Source of the DNA: a virus
Reading direction: 5' to 3' (one strand)
IMG/VR virus record: IMGVR_UViG_3300012936_000006
Span: 12,767 to 76,766 of that record
Length of the DNA: 64,000 nucleotides
The position numbers and the translations under genes were made by a program. Positions 1 through 10,241 of this stretch are shown here, piece by piece (the stretch's first letter is position 1; every line of letters begins with the position of its first letter). A model generated the notes under the pieces. It searched no databases, was not told the DNA's origin, and saw only the letters and a list, made by a program, of their open reading frames with translations.

Positions 1-1
1 A

Positions 2-1723
2 TTGGGAGCTTTTGGTGTTGCTCTTAAACTTTTCGACGGTAAAACCCTAGAGATCATGACGGTGATGCCCTTGGCGTTGATACCTTTTTCAATTGGCTTA
101 TTGGCAGCGTCTTTTATTTTAAGCCTTGCCGCTGCTGCGTTTTTGACACCCGCTATTACTTTAGCCACCGCACTGGGTGCTTTTGGTCTTGCTCTGAAAC
201 TTTTTGGAGAAGAAGAAATTGCTGCAATGGGCTTCATAGCTTTAACTATTGTTCCGTTTGCTCTTGCGATGGGATTCGCAGGGAGGCTTCTTGCTTTTGC
301 TGGTAAGTATACGGTCATCGGTGCAGCTTTTACAGCCGCAGCCCTTGCTATACTTGGACTAGGGGTAAGAGCGTTACCTAATAACTTTGCTGACATGCTT
401 CTTGCAATCTCCATAGCACTTGTCCCGTTCGCTACAGCACTTGCTTATGCTGCCCTACCGATGTTTATTGGTGGTATTCTGTTTGGAATAGGAGCACTCT
501 CCATTTCACCGGGCTTGACCACTCTAGGTGATGCATTCAGGACGCTACCAGAAAATATGGCGACCATGATGATGGGGCTGTCACAAGCGTTGGTGCCTTT
601 TGCGACAGCAGTCAGAGAATCGGGTCTCAAAATGTTAATCGGAGGCGTACTCTTCGGTGCTGGTGCCTCGATACTTGCACCGGGTCTTATTACTCTTGGT
701 GATGCATTTAAACAGCTTCCCGCAAACATGCCAGATCTTATGGGTCAGTTGGCTCCAATATTGGTGCCTTTTGCGACAGCAGTAGCTGAGTCTGCTACTC
801 CGATGTTCTTTGGCGCACCGCTCTTCGCTGTCGGTGCAATGATACTTTATCCGGGCTTGGTTGCTTTGGGTCGAGGATTCAAAGAGTTGACAGACAACAT
901 GCCAGATCTTATGGCTCAGTTGACAGAGGTGATGCCGCCGTTTGCAAGTGCATTGTTAGGCTCAGGGTTTGCTTTTATTCTTGGTGCAATGATGTGGTCA
1001 ACTGGTGCATTAATTTTAGCACCGGGAATGTATGCACTATCTGGTTCGTTCATGGAGTTCGCTTTAGCACTCGTAATGATCGCTCCACATATAGAAATGA
1101 TGACGCCATTAGCGCACGCTCTTCAAGAAATGGGCAAAGCTATGTTGTCTTTTGGGTTGGATATTGTTAGTTTTGGATTAATGTCGATTGGGTTATTCCC
1201 AGTGTTTAAGATTGGACTGGGTATGATGATTAGTACCATTAAAGACTTATCAGCCGCACTAGAGACAGTTCCATTCGAGAAAACAAGAGCAATTGCAGAT
1301 TTCCTTAACGGCTTGGTTTCGCTCACTGGATTAGAAAACATTGCAGACACAATGTTTACAGTCGCTCAGGGTGTGGGTGTAGTTTCTGATGCGCTGAGAG
1401 ATTTGCCAGCAGAGCAGACGATTGCGATGAGTCAGCTTATGACTTCTGTTGCAGAGGCATCAGTTAAAGTCACGCCGGAAGGGGTTGAAAATGTTAAGAA
1501 CTTGGTAGAGCAAGCATCAGTTTATGCTAGCGTGCAGGCTGAGTTTAAAGCACCATCAGTAGACGCTTTTGTTCAGGCGTTGAAACAGGTGAATTCGGAC
1601 AATGCTTCTTCAGGTTCTGGTTCGGGATCTGGTAAAGATATTATCTTAGAGTTGAATGGTCGAGAGCTTGGAAAAGCTATTGATGTTCATTTAGAAGATA
1701 AACACAACCTCAGAACTAATTAA
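2..1723 (+). CDS. Tail tape measure protein, C-terminal part (5' truncated)
   Basis: Long Ala/Gly/Leu-rich helical protein with 57-aa tandem repeats. C-terminal IILELNGRELGK motif is typical of TMP ends. Lies immediately upstream of baseplate genes. Confidence 0.7.
   Translation: MGAFGVALKLFDGKTLEIMTVMPLALIPFSIGLLAASFILSLAAAAFLTPAITLATALGAFGLALKLFGEEEIAAMGFIALTIVPFALAMGFAGRLLAFAGKYTVIGAAFTAAALAILGLGVRALPNNFADMLLAISIALVPFATALAYAALPMFIGGILFGIGALSISPGLTTLGDAFRTLPENMATMMMGLSQALVPFATAVRESGLKMLIGGVLFGAGASILAPGLITLGDAFKQLPANMPDLMGQLAPILVPFATAVAESATPMFFGAPLFAVGAMILYPGLVALGRGFKELTDNMPDLMAQLTEVMPPFASALLGSGFAFILGAMMWSTGALILAPGMYALSGSFMEFALALVMIAPHIEMMTPLAHALQEMGKAMLSFGLDIVSFGLMSIGLFPVFKIGLGMMISTIKDLSAALETVPFEKTRAIADFLNGLVSLTGLENIADTMFTVAQGVGVVSDALRDLPAEQTIAMSQLMTSVAEASVKVTPEGVENVKNLVEQASVYASVQAEFKAPSVDAFVQALKQVNSDNASSGSGSGSGKDIILELNGRELGKAIDVHLEDKHNLRTN
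374..1057 (+). repeat. Four ~171-bp (57-aa) degenerate tandem repeats in the TMP
   Basis: Unit LPxNxxxxxxxLxxxLVPFATA...PGLxxLGxxF x4. ttggtgccttttgcgacagcagt recurs at 590 and 761 (171 nt apart). Confidence 0.85.
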
Positions 1724-1741
1724 AAAAGCGGAGGATAAAAA

Positions 1742-2479
1742 ATGGCAATGCCACCCCTTACACCGGGATCATATTATGATGGACCCGAAGCACAAATTGG
1801 AAGAGGGCAGACAGTTGAGTTTATGTCTGTTCTTACGGGAGAGATTATCTCATTCCCAGCTTTTATTACTGACTTTCAAGATAGTTACGAGTCTAATTGG
1901 AACACAGAAGATGTTTATGGTCGAATGGACCCTATTCAAACATTCAAGGGAACTACTAGAACAATTTCTATTGCGTGGGATTGCGTAGCTGCCGACGGCG
2001 CAGAGGCTGAAGCGAACATGGATAAGTGTACGAAGTTGTTTAGAATGTTGTACCCGTCTTACGAGGGCTCTACGATGCGTGGCGCACCAATTTTAAAACT
2101 AAAGTTTGTTAATTTAGTTAATAATGCTTCAGCGGGTGCTCACACGGCTGGCGTCAAAGAGTCGGGATTGGTTGGCTCCGTTGCTGGGTTCACATATTCA
2201 CCAGATTTAGACTCTGGTTTTTTCGAGGGAGATAAGGGATATGCTGTGTACCCACAAACTCTTAATCTAGAGTGTACTTTTACGGTAATGCACACTCACG
2301 ATCTGGGAGAAAATGCAGCCGGTGGCACAAGGTTTCCAGAGAACTGGCCTTATAACAAGAAACAGCCGGGACCAAAACCCCCTGCATCTAAAAACACCAA
2401 GGCTAAGCCAGAAAAAAGCGCACCTGTCGGCTCTGATGGTCGTAAGGCAGAAGAAGCAATAAAGAAGCAAGGAGGGTAG
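1742..2479 (+). CDS. Tail tube initiator / baseplate tube-like protein
   Basis: FPAFITDFQDSYESNWNxxxVYGRMDPIxTFxGTTRTISIAW pattern; position between TMP and LysM wedge gene. Confidence 0.6.
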   Translation: MAMPPLTPGSYYDGPEAQIGRGQTVEFMSVLTGEIISFPAFITDFQDSYESNWNTEDVYGRMDPIQTFKGTTRTISIAWDCVAADGAEAEANMDKCTKLFRMLYPSYEGSTMRGAPILKLKFVNLVNNASAGAHTAGVKESGLVGSVAGFTYSPDLDSGFFEGDKGYAVYPQTLNLECTFTVMHTHDLGENAAGGTRFPENWPYNKKQPGPKPPASKNTKAKPEKSAPVGSDGRKAEEAIKKQGG

Positions 2480-2818
2480 TTGGCAATGGCACGAAAAGAT
2501 CAAGCAACGGTTGTAAACAGGGATGAGTTATACGATGAGGTTTTTCGCAAGAGAGGCGTGAAATTTATTAGACACTATCCAACGCCACAAATGAGAGAAA
2601 TGTCTATCGATCTTACTTCTCAGGTAGAGCAAATCTCTCATGTTTGGTCTGTTGGTGATCGATTCTTTAAGCTGGCATTCAAGCACTATGGAGACCCTTC
2701 GCTTTGGTGGATTATTGCCAGATTCAATTCTAAGCCCACAGAATCTCACTTAGAGATAGGAGACATTGTTCAAATACCAGTTCCTTTAACCGATGCTTTG
2801 AGAATCATGAGGGCGTAA
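2480..2818 (+). CDS. LysM-domain baseplate wedge protein (gp53/P2 gpX-like)
   Basis: HVWSVGDRFFKLAFKHYGDPSLWWIIARFN...GDIVQIP LysM signature. Confidence 0.75.
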   Translation: MAMARKDQATVVNRDELYDEVFRKRGVKFIRHYPTPQMREMSIDLTSQVEQISHVWSVGDRFFKLAFKHYGDPSLWWIIARFNSKPTESHLEIGDIVQIPVPLTDALRIMRA

Positions 2819-2819
2819 A

Positions 2820-5336
2820 ATGTCTAAGAAAGAAGTCAATGATGAACAGAAAGCTCATGAGCGTAGACTCAATGAGCAGTGTTTTATGCTAGCCAACCTC
2901 GATGTGTTTCAGGGGTGGGGAGAGCCAACGGGCTACGGCACTATGCTAAAGCTCAAGGGCGGCGATCCAGTAAAGTTTATTACTAGATTGGTAGCTAGAA
3001 AAAACCTCCAAAACATCATGGATCTCAAACCGGTGGAGGTTTCAAAGCTTGTTCCTTACATAAAGATATTCAAAGTGTTCTATGAGACCGAAGATTCAAA
3101 AGGTGATGAGTACGAGATGATTTTTGAAAACTCATTACAGAATTCTACAGTAGATGCGATGCTAACAAATCGAAAAGGTCGTGGCACTGGCGTGGGCATT
3201 AAAAGTTTTGAATTTAATTTGCTGGGTGGTAATCCGGTCGAAGCAGATAGGATGGTTGAGGCTAAGCTAGTATTATATTTTCAATCGATGGACGATCTTT
3301 TAAAAAGTGTAGAATCAAAACCATCCGTAGGATCGGGCAAATCAAAGAAAGTTAAATATATTGATTTGATTTATCAAAATAAACAATTTAATAAAGCTCC
3401 GTGTACAGGGGACAGCACTTATAATAATAAATATTTTAGAATTAAAACAACAGTTGGGTGGTCAGCACCACCGGGGGCAGATGAAAGTACGAAAGCAGCC
3501 GCAAAAACTTTAGATCAGGCGTCTCAAACATTGTTTCTAACAATGACAAAACATGAGATTGCTTTTGATGAATATGGCACTGCAACTCTGACAATTGATT
3601 ATATGGCAGCTCCTGAAGGTGTGATGGCAAACCCCAAAGCAGACATTTTATCTGATTTTGGAATGGCTCATGTTGGTGGCTTTCTTGGCTTGGGTGGTGA
3701 CAATAAAACATTCTCAAGAGAGGCACTACAAAAGAAGCTTAATGCTGCTCGTCATTCAAAAAAGAATGCTTGCAAGGATGATAAAGAAGATCGTCAAGAA
3801 GACATTGATAAACTTGAAGACTTAATAGCAGAGGTTGATGCATCTAGATATGCAAAGTTTCTCGAAGGGCTAGAAGATTTAGGCGGGATTTATTTTATTG
3901 ATGTTCCTCATGATCAGGTCGATGCCTACACAGATAGTTCTTTTTTTGGTCTTATCGGTGGTAATGTAGCTTCTAGACAAGAGCAAATTAAGCAGAGAGT
4001 TAAAAAGATGCGTGAAGCTAGGGACTCAAATCCATCGTGGGTAAAGGACGGAAAACGAGAGTCACCAAGAGGTCAGTTTGGCGACGTAGCAAAGGCAGCA
4101 AAAGAGCTAGCCAAAGATAGAAATGATAAGGATGCAAAAAAAGATGCTGTCAAGGAACTTTCAGAGGACACACAGACCAGTGAAGGTGGCACCGGGTTTT
4201 GGGGTTCTCTTGCAAATGCTCTACCCGGAGAAGATAGCTACCCACCCCATAATCATGTTAGAATTAATTATATTTTTCTGGGAACAATTCTTCACTTGGC
4301 TTTTACTGCTGCTGCAAAAGGCACATCCTTGAAAGAGATTAGAAATATTGTAGGTCCGTTTGACTATAGAGATCCTATCTCTGGCAGCAGAAAAAACATT
4401 TGTCTGGCAGACGTTCCAATCGCACTCAACATGTTCAAGATGTGGTTTTTTGAAAACTGCGTGATCCCACAAAGACAGTCTTGGGTACTCAAGGATTTTT
4501 TACAAAACCTTATAGCCTCACTAGTCCAGCCAGCCATGGGCGAAGATTGCTTTGGTGCCTGCGCTACCGGATTTAAGTCTAGGTTGAACTCTAGAATTCT
4601 TGAATTACCACTAACAGATAACAAAGAATGTAGAATTACTGGAACTAAAAGTGTCTCATCCTTCGGCGGCGGTGGTACGCAGTCAATGGAAGGTAAAAAG
4701 ATAAAAGACTATCCATCTGGGGTCAACGCAACAGGATTAGAATCTGGGAGTTATTTATTTTTATATTCTTCGGGGGCATCGACTAATCTAGGACCACCAA
4801 AGTCTGGAACGAGAAAAGATCGTGATGCAAAAGAGGGAGTTTATCATTTCGTTATTGGTGCCGACAGAGGTTTGGTTAAAAAGATTAATTTCAGCAGAAT
4901 GGATGCTCCGCACATTCAGGCGTCACGAATTGCTGGGCAAACTTCTGGTTATAGAAGAGAGGCTTATAACGCTGACGTTGATCTTGTAGGAAACTGCATG
5001 TTTGTTCCGGGCTCATTAGTTTTTATTGATCCCGGTGCGTTTACTTCAGGCGGGGATTCAGGAACTGAAGGATCGGCAGCAAACGTATTAGGTATCGGCG
5101 GGTATTATTTAGTCGTGAAAGCCGAAAACTTTATAGAAGCTGGAAAATTTGAAACAAAACTAACCTGCAAACACCAGTCTTTTGGCACTGGGTTCAAAGC
5201 AAAGATTGATCAATATTGCCAACCAGAGAAGAGAGGCAAGGAATCATGCCCCGATGCATGCAAAGAAGAAGAAGAAGAAGCACCAACGGCACCAACGAAA
5301 AAGCCGGAAGGTGAAAAACCAGCAGGTGTTGTATAA
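2820..5336 (+). CDS. Putative baseplate hub / tail structural protein
   Basis: Synteny; C-terminal YNADVDLVGNxxFxPGxxVFID...GIGGYYLVVKAEN...FETKL resembles hub-protein C-termini. Confidence 0.5.
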   Translation: MSKKEVNDEQKAHERRLNEQCFMLANLDVFQGWGEPTGYGTMLKLKGGDPVKFITRLVARKNLQNIMDLKPVEVSKLVPYIKIFKVFYETEDSKGDEYEMIFENSLQNSTVDAMLTNRKGRGTGVGIKSFEFNLLGGNPVEADRMVEAKLVLYFQSMDDLLKSVESKPSVGSGKSKKVKYIDLIYQNKQFNKAPCTGDSTYNNKYFRIKTTVGWSAPPGADESTKAAAKTLDQASQTLFLTMTKHEIAFDEYGTATLTIDYMAAPEGVMANPKADILSDFGMAHVGGFLGLGGDNKTFSREALQKKLNAARHSKKNACKDDKEDRQEDIDKLEDLIAEVDASRYAKFLEGLEDLGGIYFIDVPHDQVDAYTDSSFFGLIGGNVASRQEQIKQRVKKMREARDSNPSWVKDGKRESPRGQFGDVAKAAKELAKDRNDKDAKKDAVKELSEDTQTSEGGTGFWGSLANALPGEDSYPPHNHVRINYIFLGTILHLAFTAAAKGTSLKEIRNIVGPFDYRDPISGSRKNICLADVPIALNMFKMWFFENCVIPQRQSWVLKDFLQNLIASLVQPAMGEDCFGACATGFKSRLNSRILELPLTDNKECRITGTKSVSSFGGGGTQSMEGKKIKDYPSGVNATGLESGSYLFLYSSGASTNLGPPKSGTRKDRDAKEGVYHFVIGADRGLVKKINFSRMDAPHIQASRIAGQTSGYRREAYNADVDLVGNCMFVPGSLVFIDPGAFTSGGDSGTEGSAANVLGIGGYYLVVKAENFIEAGKFETKLTCKHQSFGTGFKAKIDQYCQPEKRGKESCPDACKEEEEEAPTAPTKKPEGEKPAGVV

Positions 5337-6598
5337 TGAAAAATCAATTTCTTTTCGACAATGAAGACATTACATATCCAAAGGGCAGCAATAGATTGCG
5401 AGCTTATGGGTCTTTTTATTTTAGGGACATATACGACTGCTACATCTTTAGAGATGCCAAGGCAGATTTGTGGTATAATAAAGAGTTTCAGTTTTTTGGC
5501 AGAGTTAACGATCAAAAGCAAGTCGTTGTGGTGTCCGAGGCGGATCTGAGGCAGCTTCCGAACACCAAAGAGACAATCTTAGTATTGCCGCCGGTTGCTG
5601 AAGCGTTTAGGCAGATGAGTGAGTATATAAACAGGGCTGTTTTTAGGGGTGATATAGAAAAAAAGGGATCTTTACTGGCAGAGCTAAAGGCTAAGCGGGG
5701 TTTTAAGAGTGCTCACAAGTCGTACAAAGATTACAACTCAGCACTGTACGCAACATTTACAGGTGAGTTTATGAACTCGTCCAGAGATCGAAAGTTTCGA
5801 GATTTTGAATCTTTTATTGAAATATATCTTGACTTTTTTCTTAGAACTGGTAACTTTATTCCTTGGACTAGGGAGGGTTTTTTGTTATCAAAAAATTCAT
5901 CACCGCTATACAGTGGAATGTGTATAGAGATTGACAAGGCAGATCATTCAGATGATAAATTAAAAGCAAAGTATGTTAATGACAAGAATTTTAATTTTTT
6001 CAAAAAGGTGGCTAATCGATATGGTTTTATACTTGACAAAAATGCACCATGGAGACTGATACCTGACTTGAATTCTAGAGGCATGATAAGGGCTATGAAG
6101 AAAACAGGCACAAGCCCAGAAAAGTTTTATGATGATTATTTCGTAAAGACTCATGAGTGGGAATTACAAAATTTTAAACATGTTCTGTGGGGATGGTATA
6201 ATAGCTATGTTAGTGCAAACCCATATGTTCAAGTTATAGATCTTGACAGAGAATCGACAGAGCCAGAGTTAGAGAAAAGAGAAGCCTATACGGAAGAGCA
6301 GCTTTTTGCTCGATACTCTGATCACTACTTTATTAAGCTTTATATTTACATGAGGGCGATAGAGACAAACCAAGGATGGGAGCAGGGTACTTTTGATAGA
6401 GTCGTGCATCGAGCCCGAGAGATCTTGAGGTATCAGGGCTTGAAAAGAGCAATGCTCTATGTACACAAAAACATCGATCCCTGTAGCGAGAAGATGACCA
6501 GAGAACTTTTTGATCAAAAGTCCTTGACAAGAAAAGCATTGAATGCTATATTATTGGAAGGAAATAAAAAATACCAAAACCCTTTCAGTTATTACTAG
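5336..6598 (+). CDS. Hypothetical protein
   Basis: 420-aa ORF translationally coupled (TAATG) to the upstream gene. Confidence 0.6.
   Translation: MKNQFLFDNEDITYPKGSNRLRAYGSFYFRDIYDCYIFRDAKADLWYNKEFQFFGRVNDQKQVVVVSEADLRQLPNTKETILVLPPVAEAFRQMSEYINRAVFRGDIEKKGSLLAELKAKRGFKSAHKSYKDYNSALYATFTGEFMNSSRDRKFRDFESFIEIYLDFFLRTGNFIPWTREGFLLSKNSSPLYSGMCIEIDKADHSDDKLKAKYVNDKNFNFFKKVANRYGFILDKNAPWRLIPDLNSRGMIRAMKKTGTSPEKFYDDYFVKTHEWELQNFKHVLWGWYNSYVSANPYVQVIDLDRESTEPELEKREAYTEEQLFARYSDHYFIKLYIYMRAIETNQGWEQGTFDRVVHRAREILRYQGLKRAMLYVHKNIDPCSEKMTRELFDQKSLTRKALNAILLEGNKKYQNPFSYY
6524..6552 (+). promoter_or_regulatory. Sigma70-type promoter for the replication block
   Basis: TTGACA-17-TATATT with extended -10 TG. 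Confidence 0.65.
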
Positions 6599-6605
6599 GC
6601 GATAA

Positions 6606-7805
6606 ATGATTTTTCAAACTTTAGATGACAAGAGACATTGTGCGGGATATTATGCAGATGGAAAGCTTCACTATGATGCTGTGCCTTCGGCAGAAAATCT
6701 TACCGGGACTTGGGGATTTAACCCTCATATTCTTAGCGGCGTTCGATACGCTCAAGTGTATGCAAATGGCAAGAGTTTAGATCAGGTATGTCCAGATTCC
6801 GCAAAGAAAGATTGGCAGCAAGCATCAGCAAAGATGAAGGCGTTTTTGCGATCTTTTCAGGAGAGCGGCGTGTCTCTCGCAGAGCATTGTTTCTACGACT
6901 TGGTGCCTGAGCGTCCACTGATGGATTATTGCGAGGTTAAAAATATAATTTGTCAGCATGTTTTTGACAACTACGAAAAGCCTAAGAATTATAATTTTTT
7001 ATCTGAGGTGGGTAAGGTAATTTCGCAGATTGAAAGACGACCGTTGAACATAAATTTAGATAATGTTTCAAAAGATCTTTCTAAGCCCTCCGTTTTAAAC
7101 TACTGGAAAAAAGTTAGAGGCACAGAACAGACGATTAAGTATAACTTGTTTGGCACAAAAACTGGTCGCCTATCCACCTTCAAGAACAGCTTTCCGATTC
7201 ACACTCTCGGACGAGAGGCAAGAAGAACTATCGAACCTACAAACGATTTTCTCGTAGAGCTAGATTTTAATGCTGCCGAGCTTCGAACACTTCTCGCACT
7301 GTCAGAACAGCCCCAACCAGCCGGAGATATTCACGAGTGGAACATTAAAAACATTTTTAAAGGACCACACACTAGAGAAGAAGCAAAGAAAAAGATTTTT
7401 GCTTGGCTATACAACCCGAAAAGAAAAAATGCGGCACTAGAGAGCATCTACAATCGTGAGGATGTGGCACAAAGGTACTTCAACGGGAGTCAAGTGAACA
7501 CTGTTTTTCACAGGACGATTCCAGCAGACCACAAGCACGCATTAAACTATATTATTCAGAGCACAACCAGTGATTTGTTATTAGATCGCCTTGTAGCTGT
7601 CAGTAAAATGATCGAAGACAAAAAATCTTTTGTGGCTTTTTGTATTCATGACAATTTAGTTCTTGACATGAAGGCAGATGAGTGTTATATTGTACCTGAA
7701 CTTGCAAACTTGTTCTCTAAAACCTTGCTGGGCGAGTATAAAGTGAACATGCGAGTTGGAAAGAATTTTGGAGAAATGAAGGAGATTGATTTATGGACGC
7801 AGTAA
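6606..7805 (+). CDS. polA: Minimal family A DNA polymerase
   Basis: GTKTGRLS; motif A LVELDFNAAELR; motif B REEAKKKIFAWLY; ALNYIIQSTTSD; motif C IHDNLVLD. Only 399 aa. Confidence 0.8.
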   Translation: MIFQTLDDKRHCAGYYADGKLHYDAVPSAENLTGTWGFNPHILSGVRYAQVYANGKSLDQVCPDSAKKDWQQASAKMKAFLRSFQESGVSLAEHCFYDLVPERPLMDYCEVKNIICQHVFDNYEKPKNYNFLSEVGKVISQIERRPLNINLDNVSKDLSKPSVLNYWKKVRGTEQTIKYNLFGTKTGRLSTFKNSFPIHTLGREARRTIEPTNDFLVELDFNAAELRTLLALSEQPQPAGDIHEWNIKNIFKGPHTREEAKKKIFAWLYNPKRKNAALESIYNREDVAQRYFNGSQVNTVFHRTIPADHKHALNYIIQSTTSDLLLDRLVAVSKMIEDKKSFVAFCIHDNLVLDMKADECYIVPELANLFSKTLLGEYKVNMRVGKNFGEMKEIDLWTQ

Positions 7806-8668
7806 TAGGATTAGGCTCAGCAGGGTGCGCTATTGCCGATTGTTTTTCTCAGTATCCGCAGTACGAGATCTATAAGATTGATACGGAGATTGAAGCTGGA
7901 AAAAATAATTTTGCTATGCCTCATCAAATCTCATCGGAGTTGTACGAGAGAGAATGCCCAGACATGACTAAGTTTTTTAAAAACTTTGACGAGAACACGA
8001 ATGTTACCTTTGTTATGTCTGGTGGCGGGAAGATTGCAGGTGCATCTTTAAGAGTTCTTGAGGCTATTAAAAACTGTAATATAAACATTCTCTATATCAC
8101 GCCAGATATTTCTCTGATGGGTGGTCGAAAATATATTTTAAACAGGATCTCTTTTCATGTGTTGCAAGAATATGCTCGTTCGGGATTGTTTGAAAAAATA
8201 TCCTTGATATATAATCCTGCAATAGAGAGCATTATCGGTGATGTTCCGGTGAAGGGTTACTACGATAATCTTAATGAGGTGCTGGCTAGCACTGTTCACA
8301 TGGTAAATGTGTTTTCAAATACAGAGCCGGTGTTCGACAACGTGGGTGAAACAGAAGAACATCATCGCATTTGTTCGTATGGAATTATTAATCCAGAAAC
8401 TGGTGAAGAAAATTTACTTTTTCCTCTTGACAACGTGAGAGAAAAGGTGTATTATATAGGCATATCAAAAAATGCATTGAGCGACGGCTCTTATTTCAAA
8501 GAGTTGAAGAGCAGCATGCGAAAGAAAGCGGAGGATGAAGATGTAAAGATTTCATTTCAAATCAATGAAACGAAGTATGATGAAAATTATGCATATTATA
8601 TTGCATACGCAGATGAAACACAAAGTGAAAAAAACTTAAAAAACTTCTTGACAAAACCTAAAGATTAG
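7793..8668 (+). CDS. Tubulin/FtsZ-superfamily protein (PhuZ/TubZ-like, divergent)
   Basis: VIGLGSAGCAIAD, IDT, MSGGGKIAG, ITP, LIYN, YDNLNEVL occur in FtsZ motif order. Confidence 0.65.
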   Translation: MDAVIGLGSAGCAIADCFSQYPQYEIYKIDTEIEAGKNNFAMPHQISSELYERECPDMTKFFKNFDENTNVTFVMSGGGKIAGASLRVLEAIKNCNINILYITPDISLMGGRKYILNRISFHVLQEYARSGLFEKISLIYNPAIESIIGDVPVKGYYDNLNEVLASTVHMVNVFSNTEPVFDNVGETEEHHRICSYGIINPETGEENLLFPLDNVREKVYYIGISKNALSDGSYFKELKSSMRKKAEDEDVKISFQINETKYDENYAYYIAYADETQSEKNLKNFLTKPKD

Positions 8669-8676
8669 GTTATATT
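8648..8676 (+). promoter_or_regulatory. Sigma70-type promoter
   Basis: TTGACA-17-TATATT. Confidence 0.7.
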
Positions 8677-8704
8677 ATAGACTCAATAAAATGAAAGAAA
8701 GATT

Positions 8705-9007
8705 ATGTTTGAAGTAAATGGAAAAAAAAGAGAAGTCGGGGAATACTTTAGCGAGCGCAAGCACAAGCCAAAGAAAGATGTTCGAGGCAAAGTGGATCGT
8801 GCTCAATGGGAGGTGATAAAAGAGTTCGCTTTGTTTCAGGGCTGTCCACAAACTGCGGTTGAGGATGCTCTGGTGCAATTTGCGGCAGATCACGCTTACA
8901 TCCATGCCAAGCGTGTAATGCAAACAGGAGAATTTAGGCACTGGAAAGAACTTAAAGAGCGAAAGCAATCAACCCGTCGCCCAAGCGACAACACAGAAAG
9001 TCAATAA
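8705..9007 (+). CDS. Hypothetical protein
   Basis: 100-aa ORF directly after the promoter. Confidence 0.55.
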   Translation: MFEVNGKKREVGEYFSERKHKPKKDVRGKVDRAQWEVIKEFALFQGCPQTAVEDALVQFAADHAYIHAKRVMQTGEFRHWKELKERKQSTRRPSDNTESQ

Positions 9008-9022
9008 ACAACAGGAGAAAAA

Positions 9023-9328
9023 ATGACTACTATTGATACTACAACCACAACTGTAACAGCACACAACGCTACCTTCACGAAGAAGAGTGGAGAAAGTCGG
9101 ACGATGAACTTCGTCAAGATTAATCAGCTTCCAGAATCATTTGTAAATACTCAAATCTCTGGCACTGGCACTGCTCGAACCTTGGCTGAGGGACAGGAAT
9201 TGGTTTGGGATCTTGACAATAACGGTTTCCGAATTTTTAATTGGAATACTGTCGTTGGCGAAGTCACATCAAATGAAGTTTCTTTTGAAACTTCATTTAA
9301 CAACACCACAAACACTGTGGTACAATAA
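9023..9328 (+). CDS. WYL-like / Sm-SH3 beta-barrel protein
   Basis: FTKKSGESRTM...VWDLDNNGFRIFNW pattern (DUF2693/WYL_2-like); AGGAGA RBS. Confidence 0.55.
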   Translation: MTTIDTTTTTVTAHNATFTKKSGESRTMNFVKINQLPESFVNTQISGTGTARTLAEGQELVWDLDNNGFRIFNWNTVVGEVTSNEVSFETSFNNTTNTVVQ

Positions 9329-9406
9329 CTAAAGAAGATGCTTGGGATATTTGCCAAGCATACTTTAGGGTAATTAACCCAAAACTTAACTATAGGAGAA
9401 AAAAAC

Positions 9407-10171
9407 ATGGGTATTGATCTAAAAAAGATGCGAGATAAGTTGAACCGACTTCAAAACGGTGGACGTGGAGGTAATCGAAAGAGTAACTTCTGGCGTCCGA
9501 GCGATGGGGAACAAACAATTCGTATTGTTCCTACCGCAGACGGAGATCCCTTTAAGGAATATTGGTTTCATTATAACTTGGGGCAGAACGCTGGGTTTCT
9601 TTCACCAAAGAGGAACTTCGGGGAAGAAGATCCGTTGAATGATTTCGTTCGTTCCCTATATAACGAGGGTACGGAAGAGAGCATTAAGATGGCAAAGTCC
9701 CTGTCCGCACGCCAGCGATTTTTCGCACCAGTGATTGTTCGTGGTGAAGAAAACCAAGGTGTCCGTGTCTGGGGTTTCGGTAAGACTGTTTATGAGCAGC
9801 TTTTGAACTTGGTGCTCAATCCAGAGTATGGAGACATTACCGATCCACAGGAGGGTACTGACCTAACCCTTCAATACGGTAAGCCTGCTGGGGCAGCATT
9901 CCCAGTGACTCGCCTGACTCCACACCGCCGAGCTTCTGCAATCTGTCCAGACATTTCACCAGAGGAATGTGCAGAACTGCTGGAGACCGTACCAGACTTT
10001 GACTCTCTCTTCGAGCGAAAGTCGCCAGATCAGGTACAAACGATGCTTGACGAATATCTGGCTTCAGACAACGCCGAAGAGGTCTCTTCCGAGACCACAA
10101 AGTATGGTGGCGATACTTCAGCCACTTCTACTAATTCTGTAGAGGCTGCGTTTAATGAACTTCTAAGTTAA
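9407..10171 (+). CDS. Single-stranded DNA-binding protein (T4 gp32-like)
   Basis: FWRP...IRIVP...PFKEYWFHY, VRVWGFGKTVY, DITDPxxGTDL, acidic tail ending AFNELLS. Confidence 0.8.
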   Translation: MGIDLKKMRDKLNRLQNGGRGGNRKSNFWRPSDGEQTIRIVPTADGDPFKEYWFHYNLGQNAGFLSPKRNFGEEDPLNDFVRSLYNEGTEESIKMAKSLSARQRFFAPVIVRGEENQGVRVWGFGKTVYEQLLNLVLNPEYGDITDPQEGTDLTLQYGKPAGAAFPVTRLTPHRRASAICPDISPEECAELLETVPDFDSLFERKSPDQVQTMLDEYLASDNAEEVSSETTKYGGDTSATSTNSVEAAFNELLS

Positions 10172-10188
10172 GTTCTTCCACCCACAGG

Positions 10189-10222
10189 GAGGCACAGGGT
10201 TATCAGGTGCCTCACTTTTTTA
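10189..10222 (+). terminator. Intrinsic terminator after ssb
   Basis: gaggcac/gtgcctc stem followed by a T-run. Confidence 0.6.
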
Positions 10223-10241
10223 TATTTTATAAGGTGGTGTA

